DNA of 64,000 nucleotides from Acidimicrobiia bacterium (GTDB lineage Bacteria > Actinomycetota > Acidimicrobiia > Spongiisociales > Spongiisociaceae). The notes under the pieces are model-generated. The model made no database searches and had not been told where the DNA came from. It saw only the letters and a program-made list of their open reading frames with translations. Positions 8,670-18,194 of the stretch are shown here, in pieces (position 1 is the stretch's first letter; each line of letters begins with the position of its first letter). A program made the position numbers and the translations under genes. The DNA lies in contig JAJEIM010000031.1 of NCBI GenBank assembly GCA_022827785.1, forward strand, positions 32,549 through 96,548. Direction: 5' to 3'.

Positions 8670-9652
8670 TGGTCGAACTCTCCGATGCGAGCCGACCGGG
8701 TTACCACCGGATAGTCGAAGTAGGTTTCGGTCACCAGGTCGTGGAGCCGGCGGCCGGCGATCCTGAACTCGGCGAACAGGCCTTCGGCGTCGGATGTCCT
8801 GGGCCAGACGAAGCGAAGCAGGTCCGACATGTGGTCCACCTGGGACCGGGCCTGGGAGGTGGCGGTCCGGTCGGGACCGTCCCCGATCGCCGACAACTCC
8901 CGATGCAGTCCGAGAACCGACATGCTCAGCGAGTCGGGGAGGTGCGGGTCGGATACGAGCAGGTCCAGCACCCGGCCGGCGTCGATCGCCAGGCCGTCGC
9001 CCTGCTGGTACGCCTCGAAGGCATGAAACAGGCGGAGCAGGCTGGTCCAGTAGGCGTCCGCGGGCACAGCGAACAGCCGCACCGCGGCGATCTGGGCGCC
9101 CAGCACCGAGGCCACCAACTCGGCTCGTTCCAGGAGGCTACCCATGCGGATGAAGTGCCAGCCCTGATCCCGATACATGGTGGAGGAGCTGACGCCCCGG
9201 AACGTATCGATGTCCGCCTCGACGTTCGCGTAGAACTGCTCCGGCGTCGACGCCCAGATGTCCTGGATCTCCATGTCGCGGAGGCGGAGATACGGCCGGT
9301 TGAGGGATGCCCACATCTCCGCGGAGATGCGGTGGCGCACCTGCCGGGCGTTCTCCCGAGCCAGGGAGAAACAGTTCCGGATGGAGTCGGGCATCGTGGC
9401 CTCAAAGGTGAGATCATCGGCGAGGGTGAAAGAGTCGGCCAGCGTGTAGTACTCGTCTCCTTCCGTGTCTAGGGGCCCCGTATGCGGTCGCCTTCCCAGC
9501 GTGCCGTAGATCCGGTGCCATCCGAAGTAGATGTCACGAACCGGGCTGTCCACCAGCGACTCCGTCTGCTGGCGCATCAGCCGGGCGAGATGGCTGGCCC
9601 TCTCGAGGTACCGGCCGATCCAGTAGAGGCTCTCGGCGCTACGTGCCAGCAT
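8666..9652 (-). CDS. Alpha-E domain protein (DUF403)
   Basis: MLARSAESLYWIGRYLERASHLARLMRQQ... is the typical alpha-E start. It overlaps the downstream transglutaminase gene by 4 bp. Confidence 0.8.
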   Translation of the reverse strand: MLARSAESLYWIGRYLERASHLARLMRQQTESLVDSPVRDIYFGWHRIYGTLGRRPHTGPLDTEGDEYYTLADSFTLADDLTFEATMPDSIRNCFSLARENARQVRHRISAEMWASLNRPYLRLRDMEIQDIWASTPEQFYANVEADIDTFRGVSSSTMYRDQGWHFIRMGSLLERAELVASVLGAQIAAVRLFAVPADAYWTSLLRLFHAFEAYQQGDGLAIDAGRVLDLLVSDPHLPDSLSMSVLGLHRELSAIGDGPDRTATSQARSQVDHMSDLLRFVWPRTSDAEGLFAEFRIAGRRLHDLVTETYFDYPVVTRSARIGEFDQ

Positions 9653-9736
9653 CTCTAGACCACTACCGCGTCCGTCTGGGGAGTTGCTGTGCGGGATGAC
9701 CGCCGGGGCGTACCGAGTCGTCTCGCAGGCGGATCA

Positions 9737-11173
9737 CTACCCCTCCTCCAGTACCCAGAAGTCCTTGGCGCCTCCCCCCTGGCTGGAGTTAACGACCAGG
9801 CTCCCTCGGCGCATGGCGATCCGGCAGAACGCCCCCGGCACGATGCGGGTCTCGCCCCCCGACAGAATGAAGGGCCGCAGGTCCACGTGGCGGGGCTCGA
9901 GGCGGCCGTCGATCAGGCAGGGCGCCCGGGACAGGGCCAGGGTGGGTTGGGCAACGAAGTCGGCCGGATCCTGGCGCAGGAGGGATGCGAACCGGTTCCG
10001 TTCCTCGGCGCTCGCATGGGGACCGACCAGCATCCCGTAGCCGCCGGACTCGCCCACTCGCTTGACCACGAGATGCTCCAGGTTGTCCAGGGTGTACTCC
10101 AGATCCTCGGGGCGGCGGCAGAGGTAAGTTTCCACGTTAGGGATGAGCGGTTCCTCCGCCAGGTAGTAGCGGATCATGTCGGGGACGAAGGCGTAGACGC
10201 TCTTGTCGTCGGCTACGCCCGTGCCCGGGGCGTTGACCACCGATACGTTGCTCAGCCGGGCGGCATGCAACAGGCCGGGGGCGCCGAGCAGAGAGTCCGG
10301 ACGGAACACGAGGGGGTCGAGGAAGTCGTCGTCGATCCGGCGGTAGATGACGTCCACCCGCCGCAGACCCGCCGTGGTGCGCATGTACACGTAACCGTCC
10401 TCGACCACCAGGTCCCGGCCCTCCACCAGTTCGGCGCCGATCTGGCGCGCCAGGAACATGTGCTCGTAGAAGGCCGAGTTGTATACCCCGGGGGTGAGGA
10501 GGACGACCGTCGGGTCGTCGCAACCCTCGGGCGCCATCTCGTGGAGGGTCCGGCGGAGGACCAGCCCGTAGTCCTCCACGGCTCCCACCCGGGAACGCCG
10601 GTAGAGGAGGCGCATGGCCGACTTGGTGGCCTTGCGGATGGCGATCATGTAGGAGACGCCTGAGGGAACTCGCAGGTTGTCCTCGAGAACCCGGAAGCCG
10701 TCCACGGTCCGGACCAGGTCGGTGCCGCAGATGGCCACCCAGATCCCCCTGGGGGCCTCGAATCCCTGCATCTCGATGCGATACTGGGGGCAGCCGAAGA
10801 CCATGTCCGGCGGGATTACCCCATCGGAGACGATCCGGGCCGAGTCGTATATGTCCCGTAGAAAGGCGTTGAGAGCGGCCAGGCGCTGCTCGAGTCCCCT
10901 CGCCAGGCCTCGCCATTCCGCACCCGCCATCACCCGCGGGATGCAGTCGATCGGGATGATGCGCTCGTCGGCCTCGTCGTCGCCGTACACGGTGAAGGTG
11001 ATGCCTTCGTGGGTGAAAGACCGGGTGACCCATTCGCCGATGGCGTTCATGTCGTCGTCGGAAGCCTCCAGGAGGGTCTCGTAGAGGTCCCGACCGTGGG
11101 AACGGGGGGTTCCGTCGCTCCGGAACAACTCGTCGTAGACGCCCGCGTCGAGGTCGTAGCCGTCGAACTTCAT
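9737..11173 (-). CDS. Circularly permuted type-2 ATP-grasp protein (DUF404/DUF407)
   Basis: Starting at the internal Met (MKFDGYDLDAGVYDELF...), at 11173 by codon arithmetic, the protein matches the circularly permuted ATP-grasp family that always partners with alpha-E and transglutaminase. The ORF track's extended N-terminus (to 11362) is low-complexity. Confidence 0.75.
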   Translation of the reverse strand: MKFDGYDLDAGVYDELFRSDGTPRSHGRDLYETLLEASDDDMNAIGEWVTRSFTHEGITFTVYGDDEADERIIPIDCIPRVMAGAEWRGLARGLEQRLAALNAFLRDIYDSARIVSDGVIPPDMVFGCPQYRIEMQGFEAPRGIWVAICGTDLVRTVDGFRVLEDNLRVPSGVSYMIAIRKATKSAMRLLYRRSRVGAVEDYGLVLRRTLHEMAPEGCDDPTVVLLTPGVYNSAFYEHMFLARQIGAELVEGRDLVVEDGYVYMRTTAGLRRVDVIYRRIDDDFLDPLVFRPDSLLGAPGLLHAARLSNVSVVNAPGTGVADDKSVYAFVPDMIRYYLAEEPLIPNVETYLCRRPEDLEYTLDNLEHLVVKRVGESGGYGMLVGPHASAEERNRFASLLRQDPADFVAQPTLALSRAPCLIDGRLEPRHVDLRPFILSGGETRIVPGAFCRIAMRRGSLVVNSSQGGGAKDFWVLEEG

Positions 11174-11334
11174 GCCGCTGATCCCGTCACCCGCACCGGA
11201 GCGACCACCCTTCTCCAAAGGTTTGTTCGCTGCCCGCCGACCACCCTCTCGTCCTGTTCGACCAACCGGTGCCGGAAGCATACCGACACCGGACCGAGCC
11301 GGGCGCCCGGGTGTAACGTGGGCTCCGAGGCCGG

Positions 11335-11847
11335 ATGAGGAGGGACCCGATGGACGCGGCATTGATCAACCGGGTCACTTGGATGATCCCCAATGCTCTG
11401 GCTCTGGTGGGCTCCCGGGCCGGCGACCGATGGAACGGGATGACCACCTCCTGGATCACCCAGCTGTCGATGGAGCCGGTGATGATCGGGATCGGGGTTG
11501 ATAACAAGGCGGTTACCCATCGGCTGATCTCGGACGGAGGTTCTTTCAGCGTCAACCTCTGGTCGCCGGACGATCGGAGGGTGTTCGTGAAATTCTCGAA
11601 GCCCGCCGCCAAGGAGGGCATGTCCCTCAACGGCCGGGCCATCCGGGAAGGTGTAACGGGAGTTCCGATCTTCGAGGATGCCATCGCCTGGATGGAGTGC
11701 GAGGTGAGGCGAGCCATCGACTTCGGGACGCACACGTTGTTCGCCGGCGAACTGGTGTCCGCGGGCGTGATGGACCAACCGGGGCGGGCGGCCTGGATGG
11801 GTGACACCCGTATGAAGTACGGCGGCGTGAAGCGGGGCGGCCACTGA
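11335..11847 (+). CDS. Flavin reductase-like (NAD(P)H:FMN oxidoreductase, HpaC family)
   Basis: LALVGSRAGDRWNGMTTSWITQLSMEPVMIGIGV...SFSVNLWSPDD...LFAGELVS. The gene diverges from the ATP-grasp operon. Confidence 0.7.
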   Translation: MRRDPMDAALINRVTWMIPNALALVGSRAGDRWNGMTTSWITQLSMEPVMIGIGVDNKAVTHRLISDGGSFSVNLWSPDDRRVFVKFSKPAAKEGMSLNGRAIREGVTGVPIFEDAIAWMECEVRRAIDFGTHTLFAGELVSAGVMDQPGRAAWMGDTRMKYGGVKRGGH

Positions 11848-11875
11848 TGAGCCGGCCCGGGCCGGGCGGCTGAGC

Positions 11876-12634
11876 ATGGAGGCGCGCCTCGACGGTCGGG
11901 TGGCGGTGATCACCGGCGCCTCGCGGGGGATCGGCGAGGCTACCGCGGCCGCCGCGCTGGCGGCCGGAGCTCGCGGCGTGGTGATCACCAGCCGCAAGCC
12001 GGAGAACCTCGCCGGGGCGGCCGACCGGCTGGGCGAGCCGGACCGGGTGGCGCCGGTGGCGGCCCGCTCGGACACCGAGGATGGCGCTGCGGAGGCGATC
12101 GGTACCGCCATCGATCGCTTCGGGTCCTGTGACGTACTGGTCAACAACGCCGCGACCAACCCTGCCTACGGGCCGCTCACGGATGTAGACCTGGGCGCCG
12201 TGAAGCGGACCTGGGAGATCAATCTGCTGGGCCCGCTCCTCTACGCACGGGCTGCCTGGGCCGCCGGGATGCGCGATCGCGGCGGGGTGATCTGCAACAT
12301 CGCCTCCGTGGGCGGTCGGTTGCCGGGTCGGGGCATGGGGGCCTACAACATTTCCAAGGCCGGGCTGATCTACATGACCCGGCATCTGGCCTACGAGATG
12401 GCGCCCACCGTCCGCGTGGTCGGGGTGGCGCCCGGCGTGGTCAGGACCCGCCTGTCGAGGGTCCTATGGGAGGACGAGGAACGAGGTGCGGCGATGCACC
12501 CGCTGGGACGCATCGGCGAGCCCGTCGACGTGGCATCGGCGGTGGTGTTCCTGTGCTCCGACCAGGCGTCCTGGGTGACCGGCGTGACCCTCGACGTGGA
12601 CGGGGGGATCGCCCACTCCTCACCCTACGTGTAG
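11876..12634 (+). CDS. SDR family oxidoreductase
   Basis: VAVITGASRGIGEA carries TGxxxGxG, and NISKAGL carries YxxxK. Confidence 0.8.
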   Translation: MEARLDGRVAVITGASRGIGEATAAAALAAGARGVVITSRKPENLAGAADRLGEPDRVAPVAARSDTEDGAAEAIGTAIDRFGSCDVLVNNAATNPAYGPLTDVDLGAVKRTWEINLLGPLLYARAAWAAGMRDRGGVICNIASVGGRLPGRGMGAYNISKAGLIYMTRHLAYEMAPTVRVVGVAPGVVRTRLSRVLWEDEERGAAMHPLGRIGEPVDVASAVVFLCSDQASWVTGVTLDVDGGIAHSSPYV

Positions 12635-12649
12635 CGACCATCTCACCTG

Positions 12650-12930
12650 GTCGGGACCGGGCGGGAAACTCACCGCGGTCGCCCGCCCAGAATCCCGGTT
12701 GTCTCGCACCGGGCCCGGCCCCCGCCACCACCTGTCCTTGGCTTGGAGCGTGTTCGGCCATGCCCGGGTTGGGGCCGGCGTTGGCAGAGTGCTCCTTTTG
12801 AAGCCTGTCTGTTCCCTGCGGGCCGGCCGGTCCGATCGGGGTTGCGTCTTCGGCCGGTGTAGGTGCTTGGCGATAGGCAACGTATAGCGGGCGTGTGACG
12901 GTTTCAAGCCCTTTCTCCGAGAACGCGAAA
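12650..12930 (-). repeat. Dispersed conserved intergenic element, copy 2 of 4 (reverse orientation)
   Basis: The reverse complement aligns with copies 1, 3 and 4 over about 220 nt: gtcacacgcccgctatacgttgcctatcgccaagcacctacaccg...cccgggcatggccgaacacgctccaagccaaggacaggtggtggcgggggccgggcccggtgcg. It lies between the convergent SDR and lhr genes and abuts the SDR stop codon. Confidence 0.7.
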
Positions 12931-12947
12931 AGTCGGGGCTCGGGCGG

Positions 12948-15900
12948 TTACCTCCGGGCCCGGCTGGGAGAGCCTCGATAGGCGAGGCCTTTCGGGCTCA
13001 CTGCGAAACCGCCCTCCAGCAGGATGGCGCCGAGCGGGTGGTCGCCGGCCGGGAGGCCGTTGATGGTCTCCACGGTCAGCCGCCGGTGGCGGACTCCGAT
13101 CTCGGTCAGGGCGTCGGCTGCGGGGTTGTGGAGCTCGTCCGAGTCGGTGAGGAGGGTGGCGGTCTTGCCGCCCCGTTCCAGGAACAGCAGGGGCCGGCCG
13201 TCGTGGAGGATCACGTATGCGCCGGCCGAGCGGGAAGCCCGGCCCCGGGCCTCTTCGGGCCATGGCAGCAGGGTCCCGTACGGGTTGGCGGGATCGGCGG
13301 CGGCGAGGATCACGGTCCCTTCCTCGTTCTCTGCGGTCCGGAGCCGGTCAACGGCGCCCGGCAGCGCGAATTGAAGTCCCCCGAGACCCTCCACGAAGTA
13401 GCCACGGCGGATGCGTCCCGTCTCCTCCATGTGGTTGAGGATGGGGTAGAGGGTGGTCAGGCCGCCGGGGACGCTCTCCGCCCTGGCGCCGGCCCGGGTC
13501 ACCACCCCGTGGCGTTCCAGCAGGAGTTCCGTCCAGGCCGCACCCCACTCGGCATCGGCCACCTCGGTCGCACACAGATCGGCGACCAGGGACCACCTTC
13601 CCGACGATGAGGGAGGCATGGCGGAGGGCAGGCGGCGCCGGGAACGCCCGGAGCGGGACCGGGCCAGGCGGCGGATCCCTACGGCGCGCACAGGGGCGAG
13701 GGTGTCGTTGGTGACCTCTCCCGACCACACCAGGTCCCAGAGCGCATCGAGCGTGTCATCAAGGCGCTTGCCCCGGACTGCGAGGTGGATGTCCCGGAAG
13801 AAGCTGGCGCCCCGCTGCGAGAGGTGGGACCGGATGGCATGGTGCAGGTCCGTGTCGGGCAAGTCGTCCGCGGCGGGTCGATGGAGGACCGGTAGCTGCT
13901 CGCGCAGGTAGAGGGCCACCCTCCCGTCCCGGGGGCCGATGGCGCCCCGGCCCACCCACACCACCTCGCCAGACGCCATGAGCTGGTCGAGCATGGCGGG
14001 CGCGTAGTCGAGCCTCGCCGCCAGGACATCCCGTTCGAGGATCGAGGCGGGAACGGGAAGGCCCTGGAGGGTGCGGATGGTCTCGACCAGGGCCGACAGG
14101 TGGTTACGCCCGGTGCGGCCCACGCCCTGCCAGGCGGGCAGGAACCGCCCCAGGGTGGCGGCCTCGACCGCTTCGATCTCCCGGCGGAGCGCCGCCAGGC
14201 TCCGCCGCTTCAGCCGTCGCAGCACCCCGGTGTCCACCCATTCCTGGCCGGCCTCGCCCGGCCGGAAGGCGCCCCGGGCCACCGTTCCGGCCTGCTCGAG
14301 TGCCACCAGGGCCGCGCGGATGGCCGCCGGGGGCAGGCCCAGGGCCGAGCCGGCCTCCTCGGCGGTGAACGGCGCGTGGGTGCGCGCGTACCGTCCCACC
14401 ACCTCACCGAGCGGGTCCGGGCCGGTCTCCAGGTAGGCATGAGGAACCCCGGCCGGCGGTTGGACCCCCAGAGCGTCCCGGAGCCGTCCGGCATCCTCGA
14501 TGGCCGCCCAGCTCTGCGCGCCGGCCACTTGAACCCGGACGGCTCGGCGGCGCTTCTCCAGCTCGCGAAGCAAGCCGGATGCGGAGCCATCGGCGAGCCG
14601 GTCGGCCGCCGCCCGGCTGGTGAGCGGCCCGAGCGCCCGCAGCAGGTCGTGCAGCCCGTCCAGCCCCCTGGCCCGGCGTTCCGGGGTCAGGTACTGGAGC
14701 TCCAACTCGACGGTGGCGATCACGTCTTCGTCGAGCAGGTCGCGGAGTTCTCCCTCTCCCAGCAACTCGCGGAGCAGCTCCCGGTCGAGCGTGAGGGCCG
14801 TGGCCCGCCGTTCCGACGGGGCGGCGTCTCCCTCGTACAGGTAGGAGGCCACGAACTCGAAGAGGAGCGACGAGGCGAACGGTCCGGCCGAGGTGGTGTC
14901 CACCTCCACCACCCGCACCCGGCGGGCCGCGATGTCTCCGAGGAGCTCCCTCGCCGAGGGAAGGTCGAACACGTCCGAGAGGATCTCGCGGTAGGTCTCG
15001 AGCAGGATCGGGAACGAGCCGAAACGGGTGACGATGGCCATCAGGTCGGCAGCCCGGCGCCGCTGGAGCCATAGGGGGGTGCGACCGCCGGGGCGGCGGC
15101 GGGGCAGCAACAGGGCTCGGGCGGCGGCCTCCCGGAAGCGGGCAGCGAACATGGCCGTGCCGGAAAGTTCCTCGATGAGGATCGACTCCAGCTCGTCCGG
15201 GTCGAGGAGCAGGTCGTCGAGGGAGGGCAGGTCGTCGGTGTCGATGAAGCGGAACGAGATGCCGTCGTCGCTCCAGATGACGTCCAGATTGCGGCCGTAG
15301 CGGTTCCGTAGCCTCTGACTGATGGCCATTGCCCACGGCGCGTGGACCCGGCCGCCCAGAGGCGAGAGGATGGCAATCCGCCAGTCCCCGATCTCGTCAC
15401 GGAAACGTTCCACAACCACCGTCCGGTCGGTGGGAAGCACCCCGGTGGCGTCACGCTGCTCGCCGAGGTAGGCGACGAGGTTGCGGGCCGCCCACTCGTC
15501 CAGGTGGTACCGGTGCCGGAGCGTTTCCACCGCCCGGTCGGGCTCCATCGCCCCGACGGTGCGGATGAAGCGGCCGATCGCCCGCCCGGTCTCGACGGGA
15601 CGGCCCACCCGGTCGCCCTTCCAGAACGGCATCCGGCCCGACTCGGCGGGGGCGGGGATCACCTCCACCCGGTCGGCGGTGATGTCGCTGATCCTCCACG
15701 CCGACGTGCCGAGGACGAACACGTCGCCGGGACGGGACTCGTAAACCATCTCCTCGTCGAGCTCTCCCACCCGGCTGCCGTCAGGGAGGTTGACGGAATA
15801 CAGCCCGCGGTCGGGAATGGTTCCGGCGTTGGTCACCGCCAGGCGCTGGGCCCCCGAACGCGGGGTCAGCGTGTGCGTGACCCGGTCCCAGACCAGGCGG

Positions 15901-17354
15901 GGGCGCAACTCCCCGAACAGCTCGGACGGGTAGCGGCCGGCCAGCATGTCGAGGACCGCCTCGAACGGTCCGGGCGCCAGGTCGCGATAGGGGGCGGCCC
16001 GCCTGACCAGTGAGAGCAGGTCGTCCGCCTTCCATTCGTCCATCGCCACCGCCGCCACCACCTGCTGCGCCAGCACGTCGAGCGGACTCTGGGGAACGGC
16101 GGTGGGCTCCACCGACCGTGCCAGCATCAGGTCGGCCACCACGGTGGCCTCGAGGAGGTCCCCGCGGAACTTGGGGAAGATCTTGGCCACGCTGGTCGCT
16201 CCCACCTGATGGCCCGCCCTCCCCACCCGCTGCAGGCCGGAGGCCACGCTGGTGGGGGATTCGACGTGGATCACGAGGTCGACCGCCCCCATGTCGATGC
16301 CCAGCTCCAGCGTCGAGGTCGCCACCACCGCCGGCAACTCGCCTCGCTTGAGCAGGTCTTCGATGACGATCCGCTGCTCGCGCGACACCGACCCGTGATG
16401 GGCGCGGGCGATCTCATCTCCCGCCAGGTTGTTCAGTTCGGCGCAGAGCCGCTCGGACAGCCTGCGGGAGTTGGCGAACACGATGGTGGACCGGTGCGCA
16501 TTGACCAGGTCCAGCAGCGCCGGATACACGGAGGGCCAGATGGACCGGTAGCCCGGGTCGGCGGGTTCGGAGTTGAGCGGATCGGGCGGCGTCGGCGCGG
16601 CCATGTCTTCGACCGGGACGATGATCTCCACCTCCAGACCGCGCTTTCCGGGGGCATCGACGACGGTCACCGGTCGCGGCGTCCAGGTGTCGCCATCCAT
16701 GGTTCCGCCGCCCATGAACTCGGCAATCGTCGAGAGGGGTTGCTGGGTGGCGGAGAGCCCGATGCGGAGGGGAGGGACGGCGGCTATCTCCTCGAGCCTC
16801 TCCAGCGACAGGGCCAGGTGCGATCCCCGCTTGGTCCCGGCCACGGCGTGGATCTCGTCGAGGATAACCCACCGGACGGAGGCCAGCATCTCGCGGGCGG
16901 CGCTGGTGAGGATCAGGAACAGGGATTCAGGGGTGGTGATGAGGATGTCCGGGGGGTGGCGCCGCATGCGCTGGCGGTCGGCGGGCGGGGTGTCCCCGGT
17001 GCGGATGGCGGCGACAACCTCCGGAGGGGGCGATATGCCGTGGCGGTCGGCGGCGTGGGCGATTCCGGTCAGCGGCGCCCGGAGGTTGCGCTCCACGTCA
17101 TGGGCCAGAGCCTTCATCGGGGAGATGTAGAGGACGCGGCAGCGCCGGGACTTGGCGGGAACCGGTTCGGTGAGGAGGCGGTCGAGCGTGTAGAGGAACG
17201 CGGCCAGCGTCTTGCCCGATCCGGTGGGGGCGTGGATCAGGGTGTGACGCCCGGCGGCGATGGCCGGCCAGCCGCCGGCCTGGGCCTCGGTGGGGCCGGG
17301 GAAGGCCTCCTCGAACCAGGTGGCGGTGGCGGGGGAGAACAGGTCTTTCAGCAC
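12948..17354 (-). CDS. lhr: Lhr-like large ATP-dependent helicase (DEAD/DEAH superfamily 2)
   Basis: At 1468 aa, with Walker A HAPTGSGKT, LDEIHAVAGTKRG (DExH), and a long C-terminal extension typical of Lhr. Confidence 0.85.
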   Translation of the reverse strand: MLKDLFSPATATWFEEAFPGPTEAQAGGWPAIAAGRHTLIHAPTGSGKTLAAFLYTLDRLLTEPVPAKSRRCRVLYISPMKALAHDVERNLRAPLTGIAHAADRHGISPPPEVVAAIRTGDTPPADRQRMRRHPPDILITTPESLFLILTSAAREMLASVRWVILDEIHAVAGTKRGSHLALSLERLEEIAAVPPLRIGLSATQQPLSTIAEFMGGGTMDGDTWTPRPVTVVDAPGKRGLEVEIIVPVEDMAAPTPPDPLNSEPADPGYRSIWPSVYPALLDLVNAHRSTIVFANSRRLSERLCAELNNLAGDEIARAHHGSVSREQRIVIEDLLKRGELPAVVATSTLELGIDMGAVDLVIHVESPTSVASGLQRVGRAGHQVGATSVAKIFPKFRGDLLEATVVADLMLARSVEPTAVPQSPLDVLAQQVVAAVAMDEWKADDLLSLVRRAAPYRDLAPGPFEAVLDMLAGRYPSELFGELRPRLVWDRVTHTLTPRSGAQRLAVTNAGTIPDRGLYSVNLPDGSRVGELDEEMVYESRPGDVFVLGTSAWRISDITADRVEVIPAPAESGRMPFWKGDRVGRPVETGRAIGRFIRTVGAMEPDRAVETLRHRYHLDEWAARNLVAYLGEQRDATGVLPTDRTVVVERFRDEIGDWRIAILSPLGGRVHAPWAMAISQRLRNRYGRNLDVIWSDDGISFRFIDTDDLPSLDDLLLDPDELESILIEELSGTAMFAARFREAAARALLLPRRRPGGRTPLWLQRRRAADLMAIVTRFGSFPILLETYREILSDVFDLPSARELLGDIAARRVRVVEVDTTSAGPFASSLLFEFVASYLYEGDAAPSERRATALTLDRELLRELLGEGELRDLLDEDVIATVELELQYLTPERRARGLDGLHDLLRALGPLTSRAAADRLADGSASGLLRELEKRRRAVRVQVAGAQSWAAIEDAGRLRDALGVQPPAGVPHAYLETGPDPLGEVVGRYARTHAPFTAEEAGSALGLPPAAIRAALVALEQAGTVARGAFRPGEAGQEWVDTGVLRRLKRRSLAALRREIEAVEAATLGRFLPAWQGVGRTGRNHLSALVETIRTLQGLPVPASILERDVLAARLDYAPAMLDQLMASGEVVWVGRGAIGPRDGRVALYLREQLPVLHRPAADDLPDTDLHHAIRSHLSQRGASFFRDIHLAVRGKRLDDTLDALWDLVWSGEVTNDTLAPVRAVGIRRLARSRSGRSRRRLPSAMPPSSSGRWSLVADLCATEVADAEWGAAWTELLLERHGVVTRAGARAESVPGGLTTLYPILNHMEETGRIRRGYFVEGLGGLQFALPGAVDRLRTAENEEGTVILAAADPANPYGTLLPWPEEARGRASRSAGAYVILHDGRPLLFLERGGKTATLLTDSDELHNPAADALTEIGVRHRRLTVETINGLPAGDHPLGAILLEGGFAVSPKGLAYRGSPSRARR

Positions 17355-17417
17355 TTTGATGGCAGGCTATCGCGTGCCTGTGACAGAGCGACCTGCGAGG
17401 GCCGGTTGCGGGAGCTG

Positions 17418-18194
17418 TCAGGCCCGGCGAGCGGCCTGGACGAGCGCCCGGGCTCGGGCCGGGTCCACGGGGCGGCGGACATCGCCCTCCTCCTTGATGT
17501 CGGTGCCCACGATCACGCCGTCGGCGGTCCCGAGCAGGGAGGCGACGGTTTCCCCGGTGACGCCGGATCCCACCAGCAACCGGGCGTCGGGGACCGCCTG
17601 CCGGACCTGGCGGATCATCTCCCGGTCCGCCGGGAGGCCGGTCCCGCGCCCGGAGAGGATGATGCCGTCCGCCATCCCGCGGTTCCGCAGGTCGGCTGCC
17701 GCGTCCTCTATGCGGAGGCCGGGCGGGGGAGTGGCGTGCTTCACGAACAGGTCGGCCAGCACCTCGATCTCGGGGTTCAGCGCCGCCCGCAGCCGGGACA
17801 GCCGCGCGGCCTGGCCGACTATCGGACCCTGGTCGGTGTACATCATGGACGAGAGGACGTTCACCCGGATGAACCGGGCATCGCAGGCGGCGGCGATCGA
17901 GAGGGCGGCGACGGCGTCGTTGCGCAGCACGTTCACCCCGACGGGAACGTCCACCGAAGCGCGGACGGCGGCCACGACCCGGGCCAGGGATGCCACGGTG
18001 ATCGGAGGCACCTGATCGGCGAAGAACGGGGCGTCCCCGAAGTTCTCGACCAGGACCGCATCGAAGCCGCTCTCCTCGAGGAGGACCGCGTCGTTGACGG
18101 CGCGCTCCACGATGGGCCCGGTGGGCGGGTGGTAGGAAGGCGAGCCGGGGAGCGGCAGGGCGTGCACCATCCCGATGAGTTGGCGGGAGGCCAT
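17418..18194 (-). CDS. BtpA/SgcQ family TIM-barrel protein
   Basis: MVHALPLPGSPSYHPP...AVLVENFGDAPF matches the BtpA family signature. Confidence 0.7.
   Translation of the reverse strand: MASRQLIGMVHALPLPGSPSYHPPTGPIVERAVNDAVLLEESGFDAVLVENFGDAPFFADQVPPITVASLARVVAAVRASVDVPVGVNVLRNDAVAALSIAAACDARFIRVNVLSSMMYTDQGPIVGQAARLSRLRAALNPEIEVLADLFVKHATPPPGLRIEDAAADLRNRGMADGIILSGRGTGLPADREMIRQVRQAVPDARLLVGSGVTGETVASLLGTADGVIVGTDIKEEGDVRRPVDPARARALVQAARRA

Noticed and set aside
9737-11362. A 63-codon N-terminal extension of the ATP-grasp ORF (to 11362)
   Set aside because: It is Gly/Arg/Pro low-complexity sequence. The family-typical N-terminus begins at the internal Met (MKFDGYDL) at 11173.
12948-17354. 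The Lhr helicase as part of a defence system
   Set aside because: It is a stand-alone, full-length Lhr with the usual C-terminal extension and no nuclease/methylase or other defence-type neighbours. Its flanks are housekeeping genes (SDR, BtpA).
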